From assembly GCF_006345805.1 (NCBI RefSeq), contig NC_042998.1:30876001-30940000 (forward strand): 64,000 bases of DNA. Reading direction: 5' to 3'. The number at the start of each line of letters is the position of its first letter. The stretch's first letter is position 1. Positions 50,961 to 62,029 of this stretch are shown here, one piece after another. Below the pieces are notes generated by a model, which did no database searches, was not told the DNA's origin, and was given only the letters and a program-made list of their open reading frames with translations. The position numbers and the translations under genes are program-made. Source of the DNA: Octopus sinensis. Lineage: Eukaryota.

Positions 50961-51184
50961 CAATGGAATATATTGTAATAATTAAAAAATTGAAGAGATA
51001 TACATACATAGATACAAAAATACCCCATTGATGTTGCTGAAATTCCCATACGCACGCATACATAAACGGATACATATAAACATACATATATGCGTACATA
51101 CATACATTCATACTTTCATAGGTACAAATATCTCAATATATAATGTACATATTTTTCATTTTCTTTCAATAATCAATAGAGTAG

Positions 51185-51514
51185 ATTTCAGAGTTAGTTT
51201 TAAAAGTTGACGCCTTTATTTACGCTACTGAAAGAAATCGATTTCTTAGTCGAAGTGAATCTTTCAGAATAAAAGGTAACTTCGACTTCTACACCTTATT
51301 TTTATTACATTTGTACGATGCAGTGGCTAAAATACTTCAAAGAGCTGTTGTCGATTTTATTGAAACTGTACAACTGGTACATTTGTTATTGAGTCGCGAA
51401 GAATGCAAAATAAAAGCTGTTTGTGTGTGGAATCAAACTATCGTACCAGATTATACTCAATGTTTTGTAGAGGGTCAGCAACTGAATCTTTCAAACGCTT
51501 TGACATTACTGTAA
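51185..51514 (+). CDS. Possible coding exon (109 open codons), unassigned
   Basis: Open frame ISELVLKVDAF...VAKILQRAVVDFIETVQLVHLLLSREECKIKAVCVWNQTIVPDYTQCFVEG... after a tag acceptor. Its length is only borderline beyond chance. Confidence 0.3.
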   Translation: MSELVLKVDAFIYATERNRFLSRSESFRIKGNFDFYTLFLLHLYDAVAKILQRAVVDFIETVQLVHLLLSREECKIKAVCVWNQTIVPDYTQCFVEGQQLNLSNALTLL

Positions 51515-51538
51515 AAATCTAATATTCTACATAAAAAT

Positions 51539-51560
51539 ACTCACCTGTAAAAAAAAAAAA
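51539..51560 (-). promoter_or_regulatory. Juxtaposed 3' and 5' splice signals (recursive-splice-like site)
   Basis: Minus strand reads T12-ACAG|GTGAGT, junction between 51545 and 51544. Confidence 0.4.
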
Positions 51561-52261
51561 CTATGGCTGGTAAAATAATATATAATATAGATAAACAGAT
51601 TTTAAATTTTGGCACAAAGCCAGCAATTTCGGGCAAGGGAGTAAGTCGATTACATCGACCCCTAGTGCTCAATTGGTACTTATTTAATCGACCCTGAAAG
51701 GATGACAGGTAAAGTTGATCTTGGTGGCATTTGAACTCAGAAAGTAAAGATGAACGAAATGTTGCTAAGCATTTCATCCGGCATGCTAACGATTCTGCCA
51801 GCTTGCCGCCGATCAACATAGATGAATATTGCTATCAAAATTGGCAACTGGCGACACACACACATATATTTAAAAGAATAAAATAGAGATAAGAAGTTAA
51901 TAATTGTTTATTATTAACAAATTGATGACCAATTTGTTAATAATAATTATCAACTGCCTTACCTTCATTTTCTTTCCTTCTCTTCAATGGATATAAACTG
52001 TTTATTGTTTTAAGAGAATTTCATCCACCCACCCCAAAAATACCAGGTATTGAACAAGTATTTCCTTGGATGCAGCCATCCCTTCACAAGGTTAACATAT
52101 CCTCTAACTTCATATATATATATATATATATATTTAATGTAGGATAAAATTTTTTCGAAAAAAAAATTTTATCAATGGCCAGCATATTAAAAAATACCTT
52201 TAAAGGTTAAAATTATAAACAACTTAGACATTTTTTCGTTTGCCCTTATTTATAAGTTGTA

Positions 52262-52330
<69 letters not shown>

Positions 52331-53025
52331 TGTTGTGTCTTGGGAGAGTCATTCTCTTTTAGTGCCTTATTATTTAACACACTCACCGGTAAAATTTCCA
52401 CTTATTTTTTATTTTTATTCTCTAAAATTTTCGTTGCGTGTTGCAACCTTTTCAATAGTCTTGATACGGGGCCCATGATTTGGATTGGTAGAACATGTTT
52501 ATGAGCTGGCAGAAACGTTAGCACGCCGGGTAAAATGCGTAGCCGTGTTTCGTCTGCCGTTACGTTCTGAGTTCCAATTCCGCCGAGGTCGACTTTGACT
52601 TTCATCCTTTCGGGGTCGATAAATTAAGTACCAGTTACGCACTGGGGTCGATGTAATCAACTTAATCCCTTTGTCTGTCCTAGTTTTTCCACTCTGTTTA
52701 GCCCCTTGTGGGTAGTAAAGAAATAGATGTTGCAAGCATCATAGATACGAAACTTGGCGAACATTTTCAAATCCTTGTCTGACCAGACTCGTTTTTCCAG
52801 TGTTCCAAATCTCAAGTTGACTTCTGAATGTAAGGGTATATCTTGAACTTGTTTCAGTCATTAGACCACGGCCATACTGGAGCACCACCTTGAATTTTTA
52901 GTCCAATAAATCGACACCCAGCCCTAATTTTTTAAAAACCAAGTGCTTATTCTATAGTTCTCTTTTGCCGAACCGCTAGAGTACAGGGACGTAAACACAC
53001 CAGCACCTGTTGCCAGACGGTGGTG

Positions 53026-53063
<38 letters not shown>

Positions 53064-53349
53064 CACCGTGACCGACCAGGCTATCATATGTTGCTACACA
53101 TCGCTGGTCACAATGCGCTTCGCATTGTTTTAGCCTTCAAATGACGCCACCCCAATGGCTAAGCGAGCAGACCAACAGAAGAAAGACTGAGAGAAAGTTG
53201 TGGCGAAAGAGTACAGCAGGGATCGCCACCCACCCCCCTGCGGGAGCCTCGTGGAGCTTTAGGTGTTTTCGCTCAATAAACTCTCACAACGCCCGGTCTG
53301 GGGATCGAAACCGCGAGTTCGCTGCCCTAACCACTGGGCCATTGCGTCT

Positions 53350-53383
<34 letters not shown>

Positions 53384-53669
53384 CACCGTGACCGACCAGG
53401 CTATCATATGTTGCTACACATCGCTGGTCACAATGCGCTTCGCATTGTTTTAGCCTTCAAATGACGCCACCCCAATGGCTAAGCGAGCAGACCAACAGAA
53501 GAAAGACTGAGAGAAAGTTGTGGCGAAAGAGTACAGCAGGGATCGCCACCCACCCCCCTGCGGGAGCCTCGTGGAGCTTTAGGTGTTTTCGCTCAATAAA
53601 CTCTCACAACGCCCGGTCTGGGGATCGAAACCGCGAGTTCGCTGCCCTAACCACTGGGCCATTGCGTCT

Positions 53670-53670
<1 letters not shown>
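53064..53670 (-). repeat. Exact tandem duplication (period 320 bp) of a family D SINE plus microsatellite
   Basis: 53064-53350 matches 53384-53670; each unit is bounded by (CA)n(TA)n. Confidence 0.92.
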
Positions 53671-53710
<40 letters not shown>

Positions 53711-53713
<3 letters not shown>

Positions 53714-54300
53714 TGATAAAACGGTAAGATAACAAAAGAAAGAAAGAGACCTCAATATTATGTAAATAGAGGAAATTTATCTATACAATATGTTACATTA
53801 CTCGGTAGTCAAGATAAAACTCTGAGTTTCAGATGCCGAAGTGGAAATCCACAACACCATCTCATCGGTTATCTGGCTATCTGGAAATAGCCAGATAACC
53901 GATGAGATGGTGTTGTGGATTTCCACTTCGGCATCTGAAACTCAGTTTTATCTTGACTACCGAGTAATGTAACATATTGTATAGATAAATTTCCTCTATT
54001 TACATAATATTGAGGTCTCTTTCTTTCTTTTGTTATCTTACCGTTTTATCAATAAATCACCTCCCGGACGACGTTATTCTCAACTAAGAGCTGATACGAC
54101 CTTTTTGGGATTATCGCCTAACATCGGTTGAGGACTCTCACAAACAAAAGAATCTAATATGGACGCATATCACATAGATTATTCTATGAAAAATAGAAAT
54201 AGCCAGATAACCGATGAGATGGTGTTGTGGATTTCCACTTCGGCATCTGAAACTCAGAGTTTTATCTTGACTACCGAGTAATGTAACATATTGTATAGAT
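53711..54300. mobile_element. Penelope-like foldback: near-perfect inverted arms of about 168 bp plus a third direct copy
   Basis: 53711-53879 is the reverse complement of 53888-54054 apart from a 2-nt indel. About 105 nt of the arm recur at 54196-54300. The Penelope-like assignment is inference. Confidence 0.75.
54206..54266 (+). ncRNA. Hammerhead-like variant (also at 53813-53873 minus and 53894-53952 plus)
   Basis: GAUAA CCGAUGA GAUG...CAUC U GAAA CUC A GAG UU UUAUC. Stem I is GAUAA/UUAUC; stem III ACUC-A-GAGU is self-complementary. Confidence 0.5.
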
Positions 54301-54458
54301 ATATATATATATATATATGTATATAAGCTGTACTCATTTGCTTAGACCAATTCTTTTGAGAAGTCAACGAAGGAAAGGAATGAAATAAAAATAAAACAGA
54401 ATGGCAATGTACCTTGATATACCTTGACTAAAATTAAGCATTAGACCGTCCATTGCTC

Positions 54459-56943
54459 ATGGCTGCTGGGAAATTTCTGCTGTTCAAAAGGTAACACCTC
54501 CCTAATACTTAGATAGAAATGTACCAGGACTATTTTTCTTTATAGGTTTTTCCAAATGATTTGCTTCAATCAATAGTCACTTTGAATTATTATTTGCTTG
54601 GCACGAAACCTGCTGACAGCTGATCTGAAAAAAAGCATTGAAGTTTTGTAGGTGCATTGCTGCAGTCAGTTTTATGCCTATTCATTCGTAGGGTGTTATA
54701 GATACAATCGATTTTTCACCGTAGACAAGAATGGTTTGAGATTTTCATAGATGGAGATTTTATCCCAAGAAAGTATGTCAAAAACTAGGCAATTAAACGA
54801 ACAACAGAAATATAAACTTGTATTAGTTTCACGCAGAAATGAACAGGAATGTATTGGACTCTTTGCTGTCCATCAAAGAAAATAAAAGGAAAGAATAGAC
54901 AGAAGAAAAGAGCAAAGCTCCGTGGAAAAAGGTTCGCGTGTAACTAGCTGGTTGTCATGCTGAGAAGTAATGGAGTGGAAATATAAGGGGAGTGAAGGGG
55001 TTTCACAATTAAGAGAGTGATCTTAAGTGAATGTCATATGTTTGTGATCATAAGTATGTGTCATGTGTATGTGTGAATGCCGTGTGTGTGCGTGTATTTT
55101 TTTGTGTATGTTGCTGTTGATTACACGCGTGTAAGGTTTCGCATCGCTGTGTATGGAGGAAAGGTGGTATGTCCGGGCTAAATTTGACAGTTTGCATAAA
55201 ACGAAAAGAAAACACAATATCCTACGCAAAATTAAAAGTACTTAAAAAAAATTTTTTTTTAATCTCTCAATTAGATTTTGGCAGGGAGATAAGTTTCTTC
55301 AAAGTAGCTACCCTCAGCTTCCACCACAGCCTCAATACGGCTTCGGAACTTGGGGCATTCTATTTTCACTGTGTTCCTGGGAAGATCTTCGAACACCTTC
55401 TTGACTTTGGCTAACTGCTCGGCCTTGCTATTTCAGGCAGAGAGGCTGGTGCCTCTCTTAACTGTGCACAACACCTCGTAATCTACAATCGAAGGAATTA
55501 AGAAGGCCAGAATTTGGTGAAATCGTAGAAATTCTCCGACAACTATTTCTGGCTCTTTGCTGAAGTATGGCAAGGAGATGAATCCTGCTACCACACATAT
55601 GGCCTTCAACTGCAACCCTGTCCAGTCAGGCTTTGACCACAGTCTCCAGTGGCTTCACATAGCCGTCTGAATGTAGCCTACAGCCGTCTTCAAAGTTGTG
55701 AGGCAGGATGACATCACCCTCGCTGGAGACACACCCAAAGACCATCACTGTTTAGAAGAACTTGGTTTCCATGATATGTGGGACATCACATCAATTGCAG
55801 GCAAGCCAGCTGTTGTTCTGGGGATTATGCACCTGATCCTAGCAGAAGTTCTTTTTTCATCTGAGAAGAATCAGATCATCCCCGGGTCAACGTGTTGACT
55901 CTCTTTGTTCAGGAGCTTCTTTGTTTCTGTCAAGTTGTTCTCCTTGGATTTGACCGCCAGAATTCGATCCTTGCACCTCTTCTACGAGTGGTAGCGAAGG
56001 TCCACATTCAGGGCCAGTTTCATGGTACCGACTCCAACAGCCATCTCCCTCGCCAAAGCACAGATTTCCTTGCTTAGATCTTCCACCACCTTGTCCTGTA
56101 GTTGTTGGGGTGAATCCCAGTCTGCGGATTCTGCCAGAAGTCTGCTGTGATTCTTTATGCTTGTCATAACTTTGTTGTCTTCGTTGCAGTCGTCCACGTC
56201 ACGTCTCACAGCCTTTACACGGTTCACAGAGCACCGAGCATAGGTTATGATGGGGGCATTTTGATACTCAGTTCGAATCATCCCGATGCAGGTAAGTCTT
56301 TTCCAATATTCAAATAGTTTCCACTCTTCCATTTCAGCTAAGTCTTTCTCAACTACAACTTCAATCTCTGTACTCTCCAACACCTTTGACTGTTCACCAA
56401 TACATCAAGCTGATCCTGAAAAAGGAGACATAAAACCCGAAAACTTTGTGTATATGCCTGTGCACGCGCGTGAGGTGTGTGGTGTTTAGTGAAGTGTGGG
56501 GTTTTTTTTATAGCTGTTATTAAAGGAAACATCGAAATACATTGTGAATTTTTGTAAATATATGTAGCTAAAAGAAAGAAATTCAGTATTTTATTCGTAG
56601 AGTTGAGTTGATACGCGAAGAAAGATCAGTTTTTGTTCTATTGGGATCATGATATGGAAGAACCATGGAATAAAGCGATAGAGAAGACGGATAGGTGCTG
56701 CGCTGTATGGCAACCTGTGTGGAAATTGCAGGTGACAAGACAAATGATGTTTTCTCAAAAGTCTCAAAGGTTCCCGCTAACCAAGTCGGTTAATTTCTTT
56801 CCACTTTGGTCTACACACAGAGGTCACGTATGGTACAGCAGGTGAACAGATATATGTCATGTGTAGGGCACTGTCCAAGGATTTATGACAAACGAACTGT
56901 AGACAGGAACTTCGCTGCGTGCGAATTGAACCAGGATAAATGA
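54459..56943 (+). pseudogene. Candidate small multi-exon gene or pseudogene (exons 54459-54490, 54725-54772, 56601-56731, 56821-56943)
   Basis: GT-AG sites are phase-compatible if one T is removed from the T5 run at 56630-56634. No family recognised. Confidence 0.3.
55270..56400 (-). mobile_element. Second, more diverged maT/DD37D transposase relic
   Basis: ALAREMAVGVGTMKLALNVDLRYHS, PYVW*QDSSPCHTSAKSQK*LSENF and FRSRIEAVVEAEG. Confidence 0.8.
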
Positions 56944-57537
56944 AAGCTACAATGGGAGAAAGTGTGACATAGTTGGTAGGGTACAAAGTGTTCCATATTA
57001 CTATTTGAGACTCCTTTGCTCTCATTTAATCAATCGTGATCTAGAGCTTATCCTCATGTGGATTAGTAACATTGCAGTTTATTGGTTTTCAATGCTGAGT
57101 TCCTACGTCTAAAAAAAAAAAAAACATCGCTATTTCTGATAGCCCAGTGATCGACTGAGATGGAAATTTATTTTCCAGTCGAGGTCCGCATTGAATGACA
57201 GCTCTATAGATCAATACAGATTGGAAGAAACAAGATGTTCTAACGTAAAGGACCACTACAGAGGTTTGAAATTTCATGACCTTCGAATTGTCAATTTATG
57301 CACCCATTTTCCTTTGCACTATAAAGATGCATGTATCATGAGCTGTCACCTACATTCATTTCTCAGTTTCAAGTTATTTTTCATAATAGTATTAACAATC
57401 AATTCAGGTCCTGAAATAAAATTAGTTTTCGGATGAAATTTTTTCTTCTATTATAAAACTTGTTTTGGGAGACCTCATAAAAGGATTTTGTCAAATTTAT
57501 TGAATTCGTTCAATAAGTTTTTAAATGTTTTTTTTAA

Positions 57538-57699
57538 GGTGCAGGAGTGGCTGTGTGGTAAGTAGCTTGCTTACCAACAATATGGCTCCGAGTTCAGTTC
57601 CACTGCGTGGCACCTTAGGCAAGTGTCTTCTGCTATAGCCTCGGGCCAACCAAAGCCATGTGAGTGGATTTAGTAGATGGAAACTGAAAGAAGCCTGTC

Positions 57700-57737
<38 letters not shown>

Positions 57738-57960
57738 GTGTGTGTGTGTGTTTGTGTGTCTGTGTTTGTCCCCCCCCCCAGCATCGCTTGACAGCCGATG
57801 GTGGTGTGTTTGCGTCCCCATAACTTAGCGGTTCGGCAAAAGCGACCGATAGAATAAGTACTAAGCTTCCAAAGAATAAGTCCTGGGGTCAATTTACTCG
57901 ACTAGGGGCGGTGCTCCAGCATGGCCACAGTCAAATGACTGAAACAAGTAAAAGAGTAAG
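57538..57960 (+). mobile_element. SINE family B, full length
   Basis: Complete head, microsatellite and tail. Confidence 0.88.
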
Positions 57961-57969
57961 AATAATTAA

Positions 57970-58191
57970 CCCTTTCGTTACCATCCCGGCTGAAACCACC
58001 TCAGGCTCTTTACTACAAACGTTTTGTTTTCATAAGTTTTGAATTAAAATCTTCTACCAAACCTTAAGTCACAATTTATGTTCATAACACTAGCTTAATG
58101 ATAACTAAGTTATTTTACTAAATTCTTTGTTATATTTAAAGTAATTGAAAGAAACACAGAACATCTAAACAGAAATATGGTAACAAAAGGG
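57970..58191. mobile_element. piggyBac-like MITE (same family)
   Basis: TTAA|CCCTTTC ... AAAAGGG|TTAA. Confidence 0.85.
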
Positions 58192-58222
58192 TTAAAATAT
58201 ATAATAGAGAAACAATTCTTAA

Positions 58223-58429
58223 CCCTTTTGATACCAACCTGTCTGAAACCACCTTTGGCTCTGTACTACAAATGTCTTGTTTTCGTAAGTTCTGAATTAA
58301 ACTCTTCTACCAAACCTTAGTCACAATTTATGTTCCTAACACTAGCTTAATGATAACTAAATTATTTTATTAAATTTTTTGTTATATTTAAAATTAATTG
58401 ATCTCAAAATAAATGCGGTAACGAAAGGA
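58223..58429. mobile_element. piggyBac-like MITE, adjacent second copy
   Basis: TTAA|CCCTTTT ... AAAGGA|TTAA (one terminal base changed). Confidence 0.8.
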
Positions 58430-58877
58430 TTAAATGAGAAAAGTTTTGTTTTTTTTTCTTTAAGTACAACAGCTTTGTTTAGATAGGTTAATCAATACAA
58501 CTGCAAATTCCATTCTTAAGTGAATAAACCATCCTACAAATCAATAGAAGTCATGTTTTATTGTTCAAAGCAAAGATTTTTTTTTATACATTTTGTACAT
58601 ATTTATATTTCTTACAATACTTTTTTGGCATGTACAGTTTTTTGTTGCGCATACCAGAAATAATAGATTCAAGTCTTAGTTATTCAATCCGGCAACTGGT
58701 AGGTGTGTTAATGGTGTAAAGTAAATAAGTGAACAAGAAGCGAAGTAGAATGAGCCAGGGGAAACAGACTTTCGAGGTTTTCTATTGTAGCGATTTATCT
58801 TCTCTTTGATTGGTAATAACTTGGGAAGTCATACAGTTATGACATCATTTCTACATTCATTAAGTATTGTAGGAATA

Positions 58878-59257
58878 GAGGCGCAATGGCCCAGTGGTTA
58901 GGGCAGCGGACTCACGGTCGTAGGATCGCGGTTTCGATTCCCAGACCGGGCGTTGTGAGTGTTTATTGAGCGAAAACACTTAAAGCTCCATGAGGCTCCG
59001 GCAGGGGATGGTGGTGATCCCTTCTGTACTCTTTCACCACAACTTTCTCTCACTCTTACTTCCTGTTTCTGTTGTACCTGTATTTCAAAGGGCCGGCCTT
59101 GTCACTCTCTGTGTCACGCTGAATATCCCCGAGAACTACGTTAAGGGTACACGTGTCTGTGGAGTGCTCAGCCACTTGCACGTTAATTTCACGAGCAGGC
59201 TGTTCCGTTAATTGGATCAACCGGAACACTCGTCGTCGTAACCGACGGAGTGCTTCC
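58878..59257 (+). mobile_element. SINE family D with 16-bp TSD. Other copies near 8025-8335, 12810-13110 and 32750-33055
   Basis: TSD aagtattgtaggaata at 58862-58877 and 59258-59273. Confidence 0.92.
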
Positions 59258-61094
59258 AAGTATTGTAGGAATAACCATCAATTACTGGACAATTAGAAAT
59301 AATCGATGAAGAACTAGACGTTACATAACTTACTCGTCTCAGGAATATAGGATTGTATTACGCAATCGGTACGGAGCCAGAATAACGTTTATAAGCCTTC
59401 AAAATTCATTATGACACTGCCTACTAGCATAGTATAGTAGATAAAGGTGCTGAAATGCGGTACAGTCACCTAGACGTTCTGAGTTCAGTTTCAGTATTAG
59501 GCACTAAGATGAACCACAAGACACCTGAACAAAGGGTGAAGTGTACAACAGTCGAAATGCAGTGACCGCAGCAATTGAGGGCACCACTCCGATTAATATA
59601 CAATTTAAAATTCCTCATTTCAGAAATATAGAGATGAATAAAATAGACATTTGATACTTTAGTTTGTTATTTCACCGTCTTCTCAACCAACTCTTTGAGT
59701 GTAAGGTGGTAGAATTAACCGTTTGATTTCTTTTGACCATAGTTGTCCAGAAATGGATGGTTTTTATCAGATGACTTACAGATTAGGCTAACAGAATCCA
59801 AAGCTGGGTTTTTCAATTATAGACACAGTCCATCGGATAGACTTCGACAGTTTACTTCAGCTCAATTTTACTTATAAGGCTTGATATGTGGCTATGAAAA
59901 AGACACTTGCCAAAAATGTCAGGCAGTGAAATCGAAACTGGTACCTCATGACCACAAACCAAACTTCTAAACCACTTAGGCATGCATGCATCAAGCACTT
60001 GGAAAGGAATGTTTGAGGGGAGATCGAGTTGCAGCGATCAAATGAATTTCCTGAAATGTAGATGTGAGAGAATCACAAGAGTTAATTAACCTAAATTCAA
60101 TATGCCGGCGGCACGTAAAAAGCACCACCCGAACGTGGATGATGCCAGCATCGCCTTGACTGGCTTCTGTGCAAGTGGCACATGACCTGCTGTGCTTGAG
60201 GAGACCTATTGAGTCAAGTACATCAAAATAAATATCAAATGGAAATTGTAGTTGTGATACCTGTGCCGGTGGCACGTAAAAAGCACCATCCAAACGTAGC
60301 CGATGCCAGCACCGCCTTGACTGACTTCTGTGCCGGTGGCACGTAAAAAACACCAACCGATCGTGGCCGCTGCCAGCCTCCCCTGGCACCTGTGTCGGTG
60401 GCACGTAAAAAGCACCCACTACACTCATGGAGTGGTTGGCGTGAGGAAGGGCATCCAGCTGTAGAAACACTGCCAGATCAGACTAGAGCCCGGTGCAGCC
60501 TCCTGGCTTTCCAGACCCCAGTCGAACCGTCCAACCCGTGCTAGCCATTCCCTGGAACATTTTCTAACACCTTGCTTCGTGAGTTCTGATCCTAGTTTGC
60601 AGTTTTCCTGGATGTTTGAGGTAGAGGTGGACTGGAAGCGTTGGGTTTCAATAACTACATACAACGATGTCTTGACCAGGCTCTCATCAAGAGTGATGAA
60701 GTGCAGCAAAAAGCCGATAGCCAAACTTCTCAGACAACATTGAACAGTTGTACGAACAACAAACTGTCGGAATTTCATGGATTACCCTGTGAACTTTATT
60801 TATACTTAAAAGTCAGAATTGGTCAATATTGTCCTGGTAGATGTTTATCGTGACAAGGTGCAGACTGGAAGCATTTCCAGTTCTGTGAACCAGGGAGGAG
60901 GCACCGGTACAGAATAACGTGAGCAATGGAAATGTCACTGACAATTTCAGGCCATGAATCCGCTAAATGCAAGAGTTGAAGATTTTGAAAAAAATGTGCC
61001 CAAACTGGTGGAGGCTTGTCAGCAGGGGTGACGCCGGGGGTCAAACTGACAAAGAGAATGCAGGGACATAAACTGAAGGATAATGACATTTTTT

Positions 61095-61510
61095 GGAGTG
61101 GCTGTGTGGTAAGGAGCTTGCTTACCAACCACATGGTTCCGGGTTCGGTCCCACTGCGTGGCACCTTGGGCAAGTGTCTTCTACTATAGCCTTGGACCGA
61201 CCAAAGCCTTGTGAGTGGATTTGGTAGACGGAAACTGAAAGAAGCCCGTCGTATATATGTACATATATATATATACATATGTGTGTGTGTGTGTATATGT
61301 TTGTGCATCTGTGTTTGTCCCCCCCAACATCGCTTGACAACCGATGCTGGTGAGTTTACCTCCCCGTAACTTAGCGGTTCAGCGAAAGAGGCTGATAGAA
61401 TAAGTACTAGGCTTACAAAGAATAAGTCCTGGGGTCGATTTGCTCGACTAAAAGGCGGTGCTCCAGCATGGCCCCAGTCAAATGTCTGAAACAAGTAAAA
61501 GAGTAAAAGA
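61095..61510 (+). mobile_element. SINE family B, near full length
   Basis: Head, microsatellite and tail present. Confidence 0.88.
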
Positions 61511-62029
61511 GAGTATTTGAAGTAAATATTCCCTCTTCTTCTGGTAGGGTGTAGTCAGCAACATTTCGTCACTTACGTTTCCGTTTTGTTCTTTTTATTG
61601 ATTTCTGTTGTCAAATTTTAGTTCTGATTCAATCGCACTATAAAATGAGATTGCACAATATGAAGGCTTATGGTGCCCATACTCCCAAATCAGGATCCAT
61701 AAAGTATTCCGATACAAAGAAAAAGGACGTAGAAATCGTGTGATTATTAAACCTTGTCAGACTTCATTAAGTAGGTCTGCAATGAAAGGTATTTCAGATA
61801 TGGCCATCCTACATTTTTTCAGGAATTTTGTACCTTGAACTATGATGGTAGGTAGGTAGGTTGTGATATGAAGGCAGTTTGGTTGCTATTTCTAGCAGAT
61901 TCATCGATCATATAAAAGCTTCGCTACTTGACAAAATTTTCGATTACTATTTGTGACATTTTGAAAAAGAAAATTATTTTACCTTATTTTGTTTTAAAAC
62001 TGCTGCAAAATTTTCGATAATCCGAAAAA

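Noticed and set aside
52420-52457. Hammerhead-like fold on minus (GUUGC/GCAAC stem then GAAAAUUU)
   Set aside because: The core reads UUGAAAA, too far from CUGANGA to call.
56601-56731. MADF/Myb-like domain of a Harbinger element
   Set aside because: The resemblance rests on a few residues (LIRE..WD..W), and no transposase or TIR is nearby.
59519-59560. Decayed copy of the 2569 hammerhead motif
   Set aside because: Only GACACCUGA and GAAA remain; stems II and I-prime do not pair.
60560-61090. GC-richer segment with partial open frames
   Set aside because: Frames are broken and no motif is recognised; probably an old mobile-element fragment, but I cannot classify it.
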